From: Alphaproteobacteria bacterium
GTDB taxonomy: Bacteria > Pseudomonadota > Alphaproteobacteria > Caulobacterales > Caulobacteraceae
Assembly (NCBI GenBank): GCA_018820205.1
Contig: JAHJOK010000005.1
Location: forward strand, 69,453-133,452
DNA: 64,000 bases
Reading direction: 5' to 3'
Shown here: in pieces, positions 49,220 to 59,619 of the stretch
Layout of the letters: every line of letters starts with the position of its first letter
How positions within the stretch are numbered: the first letter of the stretch is position 1
Position numbers and translations under genes: made by a program
Notes under the pieces: generated by a model
Database searches by the model: none
What the model saw: the letters and a program-made list of their open reading frames with translations, nothing else
What the model was told of the DNA's origin: nothing

Positions 49220-51565
49220 ATGTTGAAATCCATCCTCGTCGCGCTCGCCTGCCTGTCGCTGGCGACCGCCGGATCGGCCGCAGCCCAGTCGCGGGCGTCG
49301 AATTCCGAACAGGTGCAGGACCTGCTCGGCCGGATGACCCTGGACGAGAAGATCGGTCAGCTGAACCAGGTCCCGGGCGGCCGCCAGCGGGCGCTGAACT
49401 CTCGCCTGGACGCCGCGGCGCTGGAGCGTGTCCGGCGCGGCGAGATCGGGTCTTTCCTGCATGTGGCCGGGGCGGCCCAGATCCGCGAGTTGCAGCGTGT
49501 GGCGGTGGAGGAGTCCCGGCTGGGCGTCCCCCTGCTGTTCGGCATGGACGTGGTCCATGGCTACAAGACCCTGTTCCCCGTGCCCCTGGCCCTGGCCGCC
49601 AGTTGGGACCCGGCCCTGGTCGAGCAGACGGCGCGGGTGGCGGCGGTCGAGGCCACGGCCGCCGGTCTGAACTGGACCTTCTCGCCCATGATCGATATCG
49701 CCCGCGACGCCCGCTGGGGCCGGGTGGTCGAGGGGGCGGGCGAAGACCCCTATCTCGGCTCCGTATTGGCGACGGCCCAGGTGCGCGGCTATCAGGGATC
49801 GTCCCTCGCAGACGCCGCGTCGATCCTGGCCACGGCCAAGCATTTCGTCGGCTATGGCGCGGCCCAGGGCGGACGCGACTATGACAGCGCCGACATCTCG
49901 GATCGCACCCTGCACGAGGTCTATCTGCCGCCCTTCCATGCGGCGGCCCAGGCCGGGGTGGGATCGATGATGACCGCGTTCAACGATATCGCGGGCACGC
50001 CCCTGACGGCCCATCCGGTGCTGGTGCGCGGCCTTCTGCGCGGCGACTGGAACTATGACGGCCTGATCGTCAGCGACTGGAACGCCATCCCCGAACTGAT
50101 CAACCACGGTGTCGCCGAAACCCGCCCGGAGGCCGGCGCCCTGGCCCTGCGCGGCGGCGTCGACATGGACATGGCGGGCAATCTGTATTCCGACAGTCTG
50201 AAGGCGGCGATCGAGGCCGATCCGGCCCTGGCGCCGATGCTGGACGACGCGGTGCGCGCGGTGTTGCTGGCCAAGGCGCGGCTGGGCCTGTTCGAGGATC
50301 CCTATGGTCGCGCCGACCCGGCGCGCGAGGCGGCGGCCATGCTGACGCCCGAACACCGCGCCGTCGCCCGCGAGGCCGCGCGCCGCTCGATCGTGCTGCT
50401 GAAGAACGATGGCGACATCCTGCCGATCGCCGCAACGGCGCGTCGCATCGCCGTGATCGGGGCCCTGGCCGAGGACGCGAACTCCTCTCTCGGCAGCTGG
50501 CGCGCGCAAGGTCGGGTCGAGGACGTGCGGCCGCTGATCCCCGCCCTGCGCGAAGCCATGCCCCAGGCGACGATCAGTTACGCCCCGGGCTATGCCCCCG
50601 AGGCCGCCCGCGTCATCGCGGCGACGGCCTCGGGCGAGGGCGCCTATGCGGTGCATGAGATTTCCGACGCCCAGGCCTTGGCCGAGGCGGTGGAGGCGGC
50701 CAATGCGGCCGAGCTGGTCCTGCTGGTGGTCGGCGAGCATTTCGACCGCTCGGGCGAGGCTCGCAGCTATTCCGACATCGGCCTCGGCGCCGCCCAGACC
50801 GCCTTGGCCGACGCGGTCCTGGCGACCGGCAAGCCAGTGGTCGTCATCCTGATGAACGGGCGGCCGCTGGCGATTCCGGAATTGGTCGAACGGGCGCCCG
50901 CGATCCTGGAGACCTGGTTCCTGGGCGTCGAATCCGGTCCGGCGATCGCCGATGTCCTGACCGGCCGCGTCTCGCCGGCGGGCCGCCTGCCGATGGTCTT
51001 TCCGCGCGCCAGCGGGGCCACGCCCAGCTTTTACGCCCATGTCGCGACCGGCCGTCCGGCGTCCGAGGACCTGACCCGCGACACCGTCCGCTATCGCGAC
51101 CAGCCGACGACGCCCCTGTTCGCCTTCGGACACGGGCTAAGCTACGCCGACTTCGCCTACGACGACCTCCGTCCCAGTCAAGACGAAATCGCCGCCGACG
51201 GCTCCGTCGAGATCAGCGTGGTGGTTCGCAACACCTCGGCGATCCGCGCCGACGAGGTGGTCCAGCTCTATGTCCGCGACCCGGTCGCCGCCGTCGCTCG
51301 ACCGGTTCAGGAACTGCGTGGCTTTCGCCGGATTTCGCTGGGCGCAGGCGAGGCGCGCCGCGTGACCTTCACACTGACGCCCGCCCAGTTCGCCTTCTGG
51401 AACGGCGGCGACTGGCGCATTCAGTCCGGCGCCGTCGAAGTGATGATCGGCGCCTCGTCCGCGGACATTCGTGCGCGCACCCGTTTCACCATCACGACCG
51501 AGGGCGTCAGCCACGTCCCGGCCGCCGCCATCGCCACCGTCTCCACCGAGGACATCCTGCCATGA
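49220..51565 (+). CDS. bglX: Periplasmic GH3 beta-glucosidase (BglX-like)
   Basis: Signal peptide, 'MTLDEKIGQL', 'RDARWGR..EG.GEDP', 'KHF', nucleophile 'SDW', C-terminal Fn3 'EVVQLY..ELRGF'. Confidence 0.92.
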   Translation: MLKSILVALACLSLATAGSAAAQSRASNSEQVQDLLGRMTLDEKIGQLNQVPGGRQRALNSRLDAAALERVRRGEIGSFLHVAGAAQIRELQRVAVEESRLGVPLLFGMDVVHGYKTLFPVPLALAASWDPALVEQTARVAAVEATAAGLNWTFSPMIDIARDARWGRVVEGAGEDPYLGSVLATAQVRGYQGSSLADAASILATAKHFVGYGAAQGGRDYDSADISDRTLHEVYLPPFHAAAQAGVGSMMTAFNDIAGTPLTAHPVLVRGLLRGDWNYDGLIVSDWNAIPELINHGVAETRPEAGALALRGGVDMDMAGNLYSDSLKAAIEADPALAPMLDDAVRAVLLAKARLGLFEDPYGRADPAREAAAMLTPEHRAVAREAARRSIVLLKNDGDILPIAATARRIAVIGALAEDANSSLGSWRAQGRVEDVRPLIPALREAMPQATISYAPGYAPEAARVIAATASGEGAYAVHEISDAQALAEAVEAANAAELVLLVVGEHFDRSGEARSYSDIGLGAAQTALADAVLATGKPVVVILMNGRPLAIPELVERAPAILETWFLGVESGPAIADVLTGRVSPAGRLPMVFPRASGATPSFYAHVATGRPASEDLTRDTVRYRDQPTTPLFAFGHGLSYADFAYDDLRPSQDEIAADGSVEISVVVRNTSAIRADEVVQLYVRDPVAAVARPVQELRGFRRISLGAGEARRVTFTLTPAQFAFWNGGDWRIQSGAVEVMIGASSADIRARTRFTITTEGVSHVPAAAIATVSTEDILP

Positions 51566-52596
51566 CCCCGACCCGACGCATCGTCCTCACCGGCGCGCTC
51601 GCCGTCTCCGCCATCGGCGCAGCCGGGTGCGCCCGCCCCGCGCCGGCGTCCGCTGCTTATCCAACGGTCGGCCGCATCGTCCGCGACGATCCCGCCCTGG
51701 ACCGGCTGATCGCACCGGGCGCCGTGATCGAGAAACTGGCCGAGGGCTTCACCTGGTCCGAGGGTCCGGTCTGGATCGAGGACGGCGGCTATCTGCTGTT
51801 CAGCGACGTGCCCGAAAATCGCATCCATCGCTGGTCCGAAGCGGACGGCGCATCGATCTTCATGGCGCCCGCCGGCTATGACGGTCCCGACCCGTCGGCG
51901 TTCCGCGAGCCGGGCTCGAACGGCCTGATCGTCGGACCGGCCGGCACGATCCTGATGGCGGATCACGGCAACCGCGCCATCGCCCGCGTGGATCTGGCGA
52001 CGAAGGCGAAGACCCTGCTGGCGACGCGGTATCAGGGCAAGACGTTCAACTCACCCAACGACCTGGTCCGGACGACGGGCGGCGCGATCATCTTCACCGA
52101 CCCGCCCTATGGCCTGAAGGACATGGATCAGTCGCCGCTGAAGGAACAGCCGCACAACGGCGTCTATCGGCTGGACCCCGACGGGGCGGTCACCCTGTTG
52201 ATCGACGACCTGAACTTTCCCAACGGCGTCGCCCTGTCGCCCGATCAGCGCACCCTGTACGTCGCCCAGTCCGATCCCGCCCGCGCCGTGATCATGGCCT
52301 ATGACCTCGATCCGGCGGGACGGGTCTCGAACGGCCGGGTGCTCAGGGATTTCACCGCCCTGGTCGGCGACGATCATCCGGGCCTGCCCGACGGCCTGGC
52401 CATCGACGCCGAGGGTCATCTGTTCGCCAGTGGTCCGGGCGGCATCCATGTGCTGACGCCGGACGGCCGGTCGCTGGGCCGGATCGACACCGGCACGGCG
52501 GCGGCCAACTGCAAATTCGGGGAAGACGGCCGCACCCTGTTCATCACCTCGGGCGGGTTCCTGGCGCGGCTGCGGACCAGCACGCGCGGCGCCTGA
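51562..52596 (+). CDS. SMP-30/gluconolactonase family, probable Tat lipoprotein
   Basis: 'TRRIVL' and 'AAGC' lipobox; 'WSEGPVW', 'FNSPND', 'FPNG', 'LPDG'. Confidence 0.9.
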   Translation: MTPTRRIVLTGALAVSAIGAAGCARPAPASAAYPTVGRIVRDDPALDRLIAPGAVIEKLAEGFTWSEGPVWIEDGGYLLFSDVPENRIHRWSEADGASIFMAPAGYDGPDPSAFREPGSNGLIVGPAGTILMADHGNRAIARVDLATKAKTLLATRYQGKTFNSPNDLVRTTGGAIIFTDPPYGLKDMDQSPLKEQPHNGVYRLDPDGAVTLLIDDLNFPNGVALSPDQRTLYVAQSDPARAVIMAYDLDPAGRVSNGRVLRDFTALVGDDHPGLPDGLAIDAEGHLFASGPGGIHVLTPDGRSLGRIDTGTAAANCKFGEDGRTLFITSGGFLARLRTSTRGA

Positions 52597-52705
52597 ATCG
52601 GCCTGACGGGTCGCCGTTCGTCGGACATCGTCGGTTGACCGTCGTTCTTCGGACTGGGAAGGTTCGGCCGCCTCGGCATGATGCGGCGTTCGAAAACGGG
52701 ATCCT

Positions 52706-54739
52706 ATGACAGGCTGGAATGGCGTTTGGATGGTCGCGCCCGCCGCGATCGTCGCGACCCTCGCTCCCCCGGCGGTCGCCGCTCCCGGCGTGAACGCCCG
52801 CGTCGAGGTGGGCGCTACCCTGGTCGCCTCCAGCGTCACCGCCGAAGAGATCGAACGCCGCGCCTCTGCCCGGGACCGCGCCCGCCAGGCCGAAATCGCC
52901 GAACTGCGGGCGTCCTACCAGGCGGCGGTCGAGGCCGGCGAGGCCCGCGCCGCGGAACTCGAGGCGCGGCTGATCGACGCCCAGGACCAATTGGTCGCCG
53001 ACCTCGCCGCCGACAGCGGCGCCTATGCCCGGGAGATCGCCGTGTTCCGCGGCGCCATCGAAAGCATCGCCTCGACCCCCGAAGGCGCCGTCGCCCTGGC
53101 CCGGTTCAATGACGGCGACCGGGCCGGAGCGATCGCCGTCCTGGACGATCTGCGCGCCGCCCGCGACGCCGCCCGTCAGGTCCGGGCCGATCTGGAAAGC
53201 GCATCCGAAGCCCGCGAGATCGCCGTCCTGGCCCTCGACGCCCGCGCCAAGGGCGACCCCGCCTTCGACACCGCCGCCGTCGTCGCCCGTTACGAGGAGG
53301 TCGTTGAACTGGACCCCGGCGCCCACTGGGACTGGATCGAACTGACGCGCCTGTATCGCGCGGCCGGTCGTACCGACGACGCCATTGCGGCCGCCGAACG
53401 GGCGACCGAAACCGCCGACACCGATCACGGCAGGGTGGCCGCCCTGACCGAGACGGCAGGCATCCTGCTGAGCCGAGGCGATCGGGCGGGCGCGCTGGAA
53501 CGCTACGAGCAGAATCTGGCGATCATGGAACGGCTATCCGCGGCCAATCCGACCTCGACCGAGGTGTCCCGCAATCTCGGCGTCGTTCTCGGCAGTATCG
53601 GCGATATCCGCCTGAGCCAAGGAGACCGGGCGGGAGCGTTGGCGATCTATCGTCGCAGCCTGGAAATCGCTCGCAGACTCTCAGCGGCCGAGCCGGACTC
53701 GTCGATCTATACGCGTGACCTCACTGTCCCCATGAGCAAGATCGCCGACGTTCTGCTCAGCCAGGGCGATCGGGCCGGCGGGCTCGAACAATACGGTCGT
53801 GTTCTGGAAATCCAGGAAGGTTTACTGGCGACCGAGCCGGGATCGTCCGAATACGCCCGCGATGTCAGCGTATCGCTGAATCGCATCGGCGACGCCCTGT
53901 TGAGCGGGGGCGACCAGGCCGGGGCGCTGGAGCGCTACAGGCGCAGCGTCGCGATCGCGGAGCGTCTTTCGACGGCTGATCCCGCCTCGGTCAATCGCGC
54001 CCATGATCTGGGCGTGTCCCTCCATCGGGTCGGCGATGTGCTGGCCGACCAAGGCGACCGCGCCGGCGCCTTGCAGGTGTACGAACGCAGTCTGGCGATC
54101 GGAGAGCGGCTGTCTGCGGCGGACCCGGACTCGGCGAATATGGCCGACCTGGTCAGCGTGTCGCTGAACAAGATCGGCGACGTCCTGCTGGATCAAGGCG
54201 ACGCCGACGGCGCGCTGGAACGCTACCGACGCAGCTTGGGGATCGCGGAACGATTGGCGGTGGCCGACCCGACGTCGATCGATATCACGCGCGGCGCCTT
54301 GATTCCTCTGGACCGGATCGGCGAAGTCCTGCTGGCCCGGGGCGATGTTGAAGGCGCGCTGGAAAGCTATGGCGAGAGTCTCGCCATAGCGGAGCGGCTC
54401 TATGCCGCCGACCCATCGTCCGCCGAGCTTTCACGCAGTGTCAGCGTCTCGCTGAACAACGTTGGCGACATTCTGCTGGAACAGGGGGATCGCGACGGCG
54501 CGCTTGAGCGGTTCGAGCGAAGTCTGGAAATCGCCTCGCGGGTGGCGGCGGCGGACCCCGACTCCGCCGAGCTCGCGCGGGGCGTGCTCGTGTCGAACGT
54601 CAAGATGTCGTTCGTCACGCGGGAAAGTCGATACCTCGAAGCGGCCCTGGCGATCCTGCTCGATCAACAGGCGCGGGGCGTCCTCCTTCCTGAGGACGAA
54701 CGATTCATCCCTGTGATCCAGGGAATGCTCAGCCAGTGA
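52706..54739 (+). CDS. Putatively exported TPR-like repeat protein
   Basis: Signal-like N-terminus, coiled-coil segment, eight 48-aa 'GD..GAL..Y..SL.I.ERL..ADP' repeats. Confidence 0.8.
   Translation: MTGWNGVWMVAPAAIVATLAPPAVAAPGVNARVEVGATLVASSVTAEEIERRASARDRARQAEIAELRASYQAAVEAGEARAAELEARLIDAQDQLVADLAADSGAYAREIAVFRGAIESIASTPEGAVALARFNDGDRAGAIAVLDDLRAARDAARQVRADLESASEAREIAVLALDARAKGDPAFDTAAVVARYEEVVELDPGAHWDWIELTRLYRAAGRTDDAIAAAERATETADTDHGRVAALTETAGILLSRGDRAGALERYEQNLAIMERLSAANPTSTEVSRNLGVVLGSIGDIRLSQGDRAGALAIYRRSLEIARRLSAAEPDSSIYTRDLTVPMSKIADVLLSQGDRAGGLEQYGRVLEIQEGLLATEPGSSEYARDVSVSLNRIGDALLSGGDQAGALERYRRSVAIAERLSTADPASVNRAHDLGVSLHRVGDVLADQGDRAGALQVYERSLAIGERLSAADPDSANMADLVSVSLNKIGDVLLDQGDADGALERYRRSLGIAERLAVADPTSIDITRGALIPLDRIGEVLLARGDVEGALESYGESLAIAERLYAADPSSAELSRSVSVSLNNVGDILLEQGDRDGALERFERSLEIASRVAAADPDSAELARGVLVSNVKMSFVTRESRYLEAALAILLDQQARGVLLPEDERFIPVIQGMLSQ
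53477..54628 (+). repeat. Eight tandem 144-bp (48-aa) TPR-like units
   Basis: 'GD' codons at 53477, 53621, 53765, 53909, 54053, 54197, 54341 and 54485 (exact period 144). Confidence 0.88.
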
Positions 54740-55902
54740 AACAGCCCCTGTCCCTCCTCTGGCTGATCGTGGCCGCAGCCCTGGCGACACCTGCGGCCGT
54801 GTTCGCTCAGCCCGCCCAGGACATCGCGGCCCTCCAGACCGCCTTTGCATCCGCGCGCGACGCCGAGGACAACCGTGCGGCCCTGCAGGCGCTCGACGCG
54901 CTCGGCCCGTTGATCGAGGCGGCCCATGGACGGCAAAGCGCCGAGATGGCCGAACACCTGAGCTATCGCGCCAACACGCTTCAGTCGCTCGGCCGCCTTG
55001 ATGAGGCGGAAACGACCGGACTCGACGCCGTCTCCATCGCCCTGTCGGTGATCCCGGCCGATCCGCCCGCCATCGCCGACGCGATGAACACCCTCGCGGC
55101 CATCTATCTGGGCGACACCGGCCGGGGTCCCGAGGTGCGAACCGTTCGGGCGCGCGAGGCCGAGCGTCTGCTGGATCAGGCCGTGCGTCTGATCTCGGAT
55201 CAGCCGCAGGGCGACCCCGACACGCTGGACGTCCTGTCCGCCAACCTGGCCGTCGCGCTGCTGATCCAGGGGCGACAGGACGAAGCCATCGAACGGCTGG
55301 AGGCGCTGCGCGACGCCCGCGCGGCGGCGTTCGGCGACGACGATCCGCTCAGCTTGACCTTGTCCAACAATCTGGGTCCGCTTTATTTCAGGGCCGGTCG
55401 CTATGAAGACGGCGAGGCGGTGCTGGCCCGCGTCGTCGACCTGCGTCGCGCCGACCCGAATGTCGCCCCCGCCGCCCTGGCCCTCAGCCTGTCCACCCTG
55501 GGTCGCAACGCCCTGCTGCCTGAGACGGCCGAGGCCGCGCTGGGTGAGGCCGCCGCCCTGTATCTCGCGATCGGATGCCCGGACGCCGAGGCCCGGCGGA
55601 CGGCGGGCACGGCCGCAGGGTATGGCGCCTATCGCTGGGCCGGAACCGGCGCGGCCTGCCCCGGCGACCTGCGGCTGGCGCTGACGATTTCAGGTCAGGG
55701 CGGACTGGCCTATGTGCATCGCAACCGCCTGGATCAGCCCTATGCCGCGGTTCGGTTGCTGGCCCAGGCGGGCGATCTGGTGATCGGCGCCACTCGGGCA
55801 CGCTATTCCAGTAATGCCGAGGCCCGGCGCGATTTCGGCCGCTACCGCCTGACCCACCGGGAGTTCGTCAGTTCGGCCTGGCTGGCGGCCATGGGCGACT
55901 GA
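54736..55902 (+). CDS. Exported TPR (kinesin-light-chain-like) protein
   Basis: Signal peptide, 'SNNLG.LY..GRY..E' repeats; GTG start overlaps the upstream stop. Confidence 0.75.
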   Translation: MKQPLSLLWLIVAAALATPAAVFAQPAQDIAALQTAFASARDAEDNRAALQALDALGPLIEAAHGRQSAEMAEHLSYRANTLQSLGRLDEAETTGLDAVSIALSVIPADPPAIADAMNTLAAIYLGDTGRGPEVRTVRAREAERLLDQAVRLISDQPQGDPDTLDVLSANLAVALLIQGRQDEAIERLEALRDARAAAFGDDDPLSLTLSNNLGPLYFRAGRYEDGEAVLARVVDLRRADPNVAPAALALSLSTLGRNALLPETAEAALGEAAALYLAIGCPDAEARRTAGTAAGYGAYRWAGTGAACPGDLRLALTISGQGGLAYVHRNRLDQPYAAVRLLAQAGDLVIGATRARYSSNAEARRDFGRYRLTHREFVSSAWLAAMGD

Positions 55903-55907
55903 GACGA

Positions 55908-56597
55908 TCAGCCCTCGAGGTCCAGCGAATAGCCCGCCGACCGAACCGTGCGGATCGGATTGGCGCTTTCCTCGACGTTCAGGGCCTTCCTCAGACGGCC
56001 GACGTGAACATCGACCGTGCGCGCCTCGACATAGACGTCCGATCCCCAGACCGCGTCCAGCAGCTGTTCGCGGCTGAACACCCGGCCCGGGTGGCGCATG
56101 AAATGGTCCAGCAGCCGGAACTCGGTCGGGCCCAGATGGACTTCCTTGCCGGCGCGCCGGACGCGGTGGGCGACCCGGTCTATGACGATGTCGCCGTGGC
56201 CCACCCGGTCGTCGGCCAGACCCGGCCGGATGCGACGCAGCACCGCGCGGATGCGGGCGATCAGTTCGGTCATCGAAAACGGCTTGGTCAGGTAATCGTC
56301 GGCGCCGGTATCCAGCCCGCGCACCCGGTCCGACTCCTCGCCCCGCGCGGTCAGCATGATCACCGGCAGGTTGCGCGTCTCGGGGCGGCCCCGCAGCCGG
56401 CGGCAAACCTCGATCCCGGACACCTTGGGCAGCATCCAGTCCAGCAGGATCAGGTCCGGCTGGCGTTCGTCCACCTGGATCAACCCTTCTTCGCCATCGG
56501 CGGCGACGACGACGTCGTAGCCCTCCTTTTCGAGGTTGTACTGAAGCAGGGTCGCCAGCGCGTCCTCGTCTTCCATCACCAGGATATAGGGCTGCAC
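55908..56597 (-). CDS. phoB: Phosphate regulon response regulator PhoB
   Basis: 'PDLILLDWMLP..SGIE', 'GPTEFRLL', 'RTVDVHVGRLRKAL'; operon context. Confidence 0.97.
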   Translation of the reverse strand: MQPYILVMEDEDALATLLQYNLEKEGYDVVVAADGEEGLIQVDERQPDLILLDWMLPKVSGIEVCRRLRGRPETRNLPVIMLTARGEESDRVRGLDTGADDYLTKPFSMTELIARIRAVLRRIRPGLADDRVGHGDIVIDRVAHRVRRAGKEVHLGPTEFRLLDHFMRHPGRVFSREQLLDAVWGSDVYVEARTVDVHVGRLRKALNVEESANPIRTVRSAGYSLDLEG

Positions 56598-56610
56598 TCA
56601 GGTCTCTCCG

Positions 56611-57348
56611 TCAGCTCTTCGGCGGTGTAGGCAGGTGGCCGGTGTCGGCATCCCAGTCGCCGGGCGACGGCGTCCAGCGCGGTCGTTCCCCGGTCATCTC
56701 GTCGCCGGTGATCTCATAGTGGATGACCTCGGCGATATTGGTCGCATGGTCCCCGATCCGTTCCAGGTTCTTGGCCATGAACAACAGATGGGTGCAGGCG
56801 CTGATCGTGCGCGGATCGCCCATCATGTAGGTCAGCAGTTCGCGGAACAGGGCGTTATAATGCTCATCGACCTCGTCGTCGGAGGCCCAGACCGCCATGG
56901 CCCGGTCGATCTCCGAGGCCGTATAGGCGTCCAGCACATCCCGCAGCCGCATCGACACCAGCTTGCCCATCCGCTCGATCGAGCGGGTCAGCGGCTGCAT
57001 CGGCTCCGTCTCGGCCAGGCTCAGGGCGCGTTTGGCGATGTTCTTGGCCAGGTCGCCAGTGCGCTCCAGATCGACCGACAGCTTCATCGCCGCCAGGGTC
57101 TTGCGCAGGTCCGACGCCACCGGCTGACGCAGGGCGATCAGGCGGATCGCCTTCTTCTCGATGTCCCTGTGCATGGCGTCGACCTTGGCGTCGCGTTCGA
57201 CCACGGCGCGCGCCAGGCCGATGTCGCGCCGCGCGACCGACTCGACCGCGTCCGCCACCTGCGCCTCGGCGAGACCGCCCATCCGGGCGACCTCGGCGGT
57301 CAGCTGGTTCAGTTCGTCGCCGTAGGCCTTGACCGTATGCTGGTTCAT
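56611..57348 (-). CDS. phoU: Phosphate signalling protein PhoU
   Basis: 'MNQHTVKAY', 'RQPVASDLR', 'DLERTGD.AKN', '[14 protein letters not shown]'. Confidence 0.96.
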   Translation of the reverse strand: MNQHTVKAYGDELNQLTAEVARMGGLAEAQVADAVESVARRDIGLARAVVERDAKVDAMHRDIEKKAIRLIALRQPVASDLRKTLAAMKLSVDLERTGDLAKNIAKRALSLAETEPMQPLTRSIERMGKLVSMRLRDVLDAYTASEIDRAMAVWASDDEVDEHYNALFRELLTYMMGDPRTISACTHLLFMAKNLERIGDHATNIAEVIHYEITGDEMTGERPRWTPSPGDWDADTGHLPTPPKS

Positions 57349-58322
57349 CCGAACCGTCCCGTGATGTAGTCCAGCGTGCGCCGTTCGCGGGGATTCGTGA
57401 AGATTTCCTCGGTCGGGCCGTGCTCGACCAGCCGCCCCAGGTGGAAGAAGGCGGTGCGTTGCGACACTCGCGCGGCCTGGGCCATCGAATGGGTGACGAT
57501 GACGATGCAGTACTGCTCGCGCAGTTCGTCGATCAGTTCCTCGATCCGGGCCGTGGCGATCGGGTCCAGCGCCGAGCAGGGCTCGTCCATCAGGATCACG
57601 TCCGGGCGCACGGCGATGGCGCGGGCGATGACCAGTCACTGCTGCTGCCCGCCCGACAGGCCGGTGCCGGCCGAATGCAGCCGGTCGGCGACCTCGTCCC
57701 ACAGGCCCGCCTTCTTCAGCGAGCTTTCGACCACATCGTCCATCTCGGACTTGGACGTGGTCAGGCCGTGAATGCGCGGACCATAGGCGACGTTTTCATA
57801 GATCGTCTTGGGAAAGGGATTGGGCTTCTGGAACACCATCCCGACCTGGGCGCGCAACAGCACCGGATCGACGGACTTGTCGTTGACGTCCTCGCCGTCC
57901 ATCAGGATCTGGCCGGTCACACGGGCGATCTGGATGGTGTCGTTCATCCGGTTCATGCAGCGCAGGAAGGTCGATTTTCCGCACCCGGACGGGCCGATGA
58001 AGGCCGTCACGGTTTTGTCGGGGATGTCCAGGCTGACGTCGAACAGGGCCTGTTTCTCGCCGTAGAAGACCGACACGTCGCGGGCGGCGATCTTGGTCGG
58101 GCCGACGGGTCCGGCGGGAGACTTCACCGGCGGCGCGCGACCGGCCAGGGCGCCGGCCTGTTCGGGTTCCGCGTCGGGGGTCAGCATGGATTCGTCGCGG
58201 CGTTCGGCCGGCGGCGCAACGGCCTCCGGCAACACCTGTCCGCCCATGCGCGGGGTTTCGGTCGGATCGACGGGAACGCCGCCCTCACGTCCATCGGGGG
58301 CGCGGAAGAAGGGAAGTTTCAT
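57345..58322 (-). pseudogene. pstB: Phosphate ABC transporter ATPase PstB interrupted by an in-frame TGA
   Basis: Walker A 'GPSGCGKST', 'FQKPNPF', then LSGGQQQ-TGA(57636-57638)[19 protein letters not shown] in the same frame; the stop replaces the conserved Arg. Confidence 0.9.
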
Positions 58323-58326
58323 GAGT

Positions 58327-59619
58327 TTACCACCGGCGTTCGAACCGCCGGCGCAGCAGGATCGCGGCGGCGTTCATGACGACCATGAAGGTGAGAAGGA
58401 CCAGGATGGCCGCGGCCGTCCGTTCGTGGAAGGCGCGCTCCGACGCGTTCTCCCAGATATAGACCAGCGACGGCAGGGCGCCGGCCGGCTCGGTGATCGC
58501 GCCCGGAATGCCCGGCACGAAACTGATCATGCCGATCAGCAGCAGCGGCGCGGTCTCGCCCAGGGCGTGGGCCATCGAGATGATTGTGCCGGTCATGACG
58601 CCGGGCATGGCCAGCGGCAGGACGTGGTGGACCACCGTCTGGGTGCGGCTGGCGCCCATGGCCAGGGCCGCCTCGCGGATCGAGGGCGGCACGGCCTTCA
58701 GCGATGACCGGGTGGCGATGATGATGGTCGGCAGGGCCATCAGCGCCAGCACCAGCCCGCCCACCAGCGGCGACGAACGCGGCAGGTGCATCCAGTTGAT
58801 GAACAGCGCCAGACCCAGCAGGCCGTAGACGATCGACGGCACGGCCGCCAGGTTGTTGATGTTGACCTCGATCAGGTCGGTGATCCGGCCCTTCCTCGAG
58901 AACTCTTCCAGATAGACGGCCGCGCCGACGCCCAGCGGAATGGCGATCAACGCCGTCACCAGCAGCATCAGGGCCGAACCGACCACGGCGCCAAGCACGC
59001 CCGCCAGTTCCGGCTCGGTGGAATCGCCATTGGTGAACAACAGGGTGTTGAACGTCGTCGAGACCGCGCCGTCCGCCTTCAGCTGGTCCAGCCAGGCCAT
59101 CTGGCGATCGCTGACCCGGCGCAGATCGGCCTGGGTTTCTCGCGTGATCTCGCCCTTGTAGTACAGGTCCGCCTCGTCCGAGACCGGAGCCGTGATCTCG
59201 ACCGTCTGGCCGATCAGCGAGGGATCCTTGCGGATCATGTCGGCGGCGCGGAACTTCAGTTCCGACGACAGCAGCTGACGATAGGCGGTCGCGGTCGTGC
59301 CCTGTTCGTCGTCGGCGATCCCCAGGCGCGTTAGCTGCTGGCGGGCCACCATCTGCTGGAAATTCGTGCCTTGCGGATAATCGCGGTCGATGCGCGCCGG
59401 ATCCATATAGACCGGCACAGTGATCTGGTTCGCCCAGAACGCCGTATGGCCCTGCTCGATGATCCGGCCCAGCAGCAACAGCAGGAAGCCCACGGCCACG
59501 GCGATGGCCAGCATGCCGTACATCTTGAACCGCGCCTCGCGCGCATAGCGGGCCTTCAGCCCGCGGCGCACGCCGGTGTCGCGCCGGTCGTCGGCGATGG
59601 CGTCGGTCGCGTCAGTCAT
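58327..59619 (-). CDS. pstA: Phosphate ABC transporter permease PstA
   Basis: '[14 protein letters not shown]', '[10 protein letters not shown]', 'ALGETAPL'. Confidence 0.96.
   Translation of the reverse strand: MTDATDAIADDRRDTGVRRGLKARYAREARFKMYGMLAIAVAVGFLLLLLGRIIEQGHTAFWANQITVPVYMDPARIDRDYPQGTNFQQMVARQQLTRLGIADDEQGTTATAYRQLLSSELKFRAADMIRKDPSLIGQTVEITAPVSDEADLYYKGEITRETQADLRRVSDRQMAWLDQLKADGAVSTTFNTLLFTNGDSTEPELAGVLGAVVGSALMLLVTALIAIPLGVGAAVYLEEFSRKGRITDLIEVNINNLAAVPSIVYGLLGLALFINWMHLPRSSPLVGGLVLALMALPTIIIATRSSLKAVPPSIREAALAMGASRTQTVVHHVLPLAMPGVMTGTIISMAHALGETAPLLLIGMISFVPGIPGAITEPAGALPSLVYIWENASERAFHERTAAAILVLLTFMVVMNAAAILLRRRFERRW

Noticed and set aside
49094-51133. 1108-aa MFS fusion ORF
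   Set aside because: The N-terminal part is antisense to the GH3 gene; the MFS begins at 49093.
57636-57638. Selenocysteine recoding of the pstB TGA
   Set aside because: The position is a conserved Arg of the ABC signature, not Cys; CGA>TGA is the simpler explanation.
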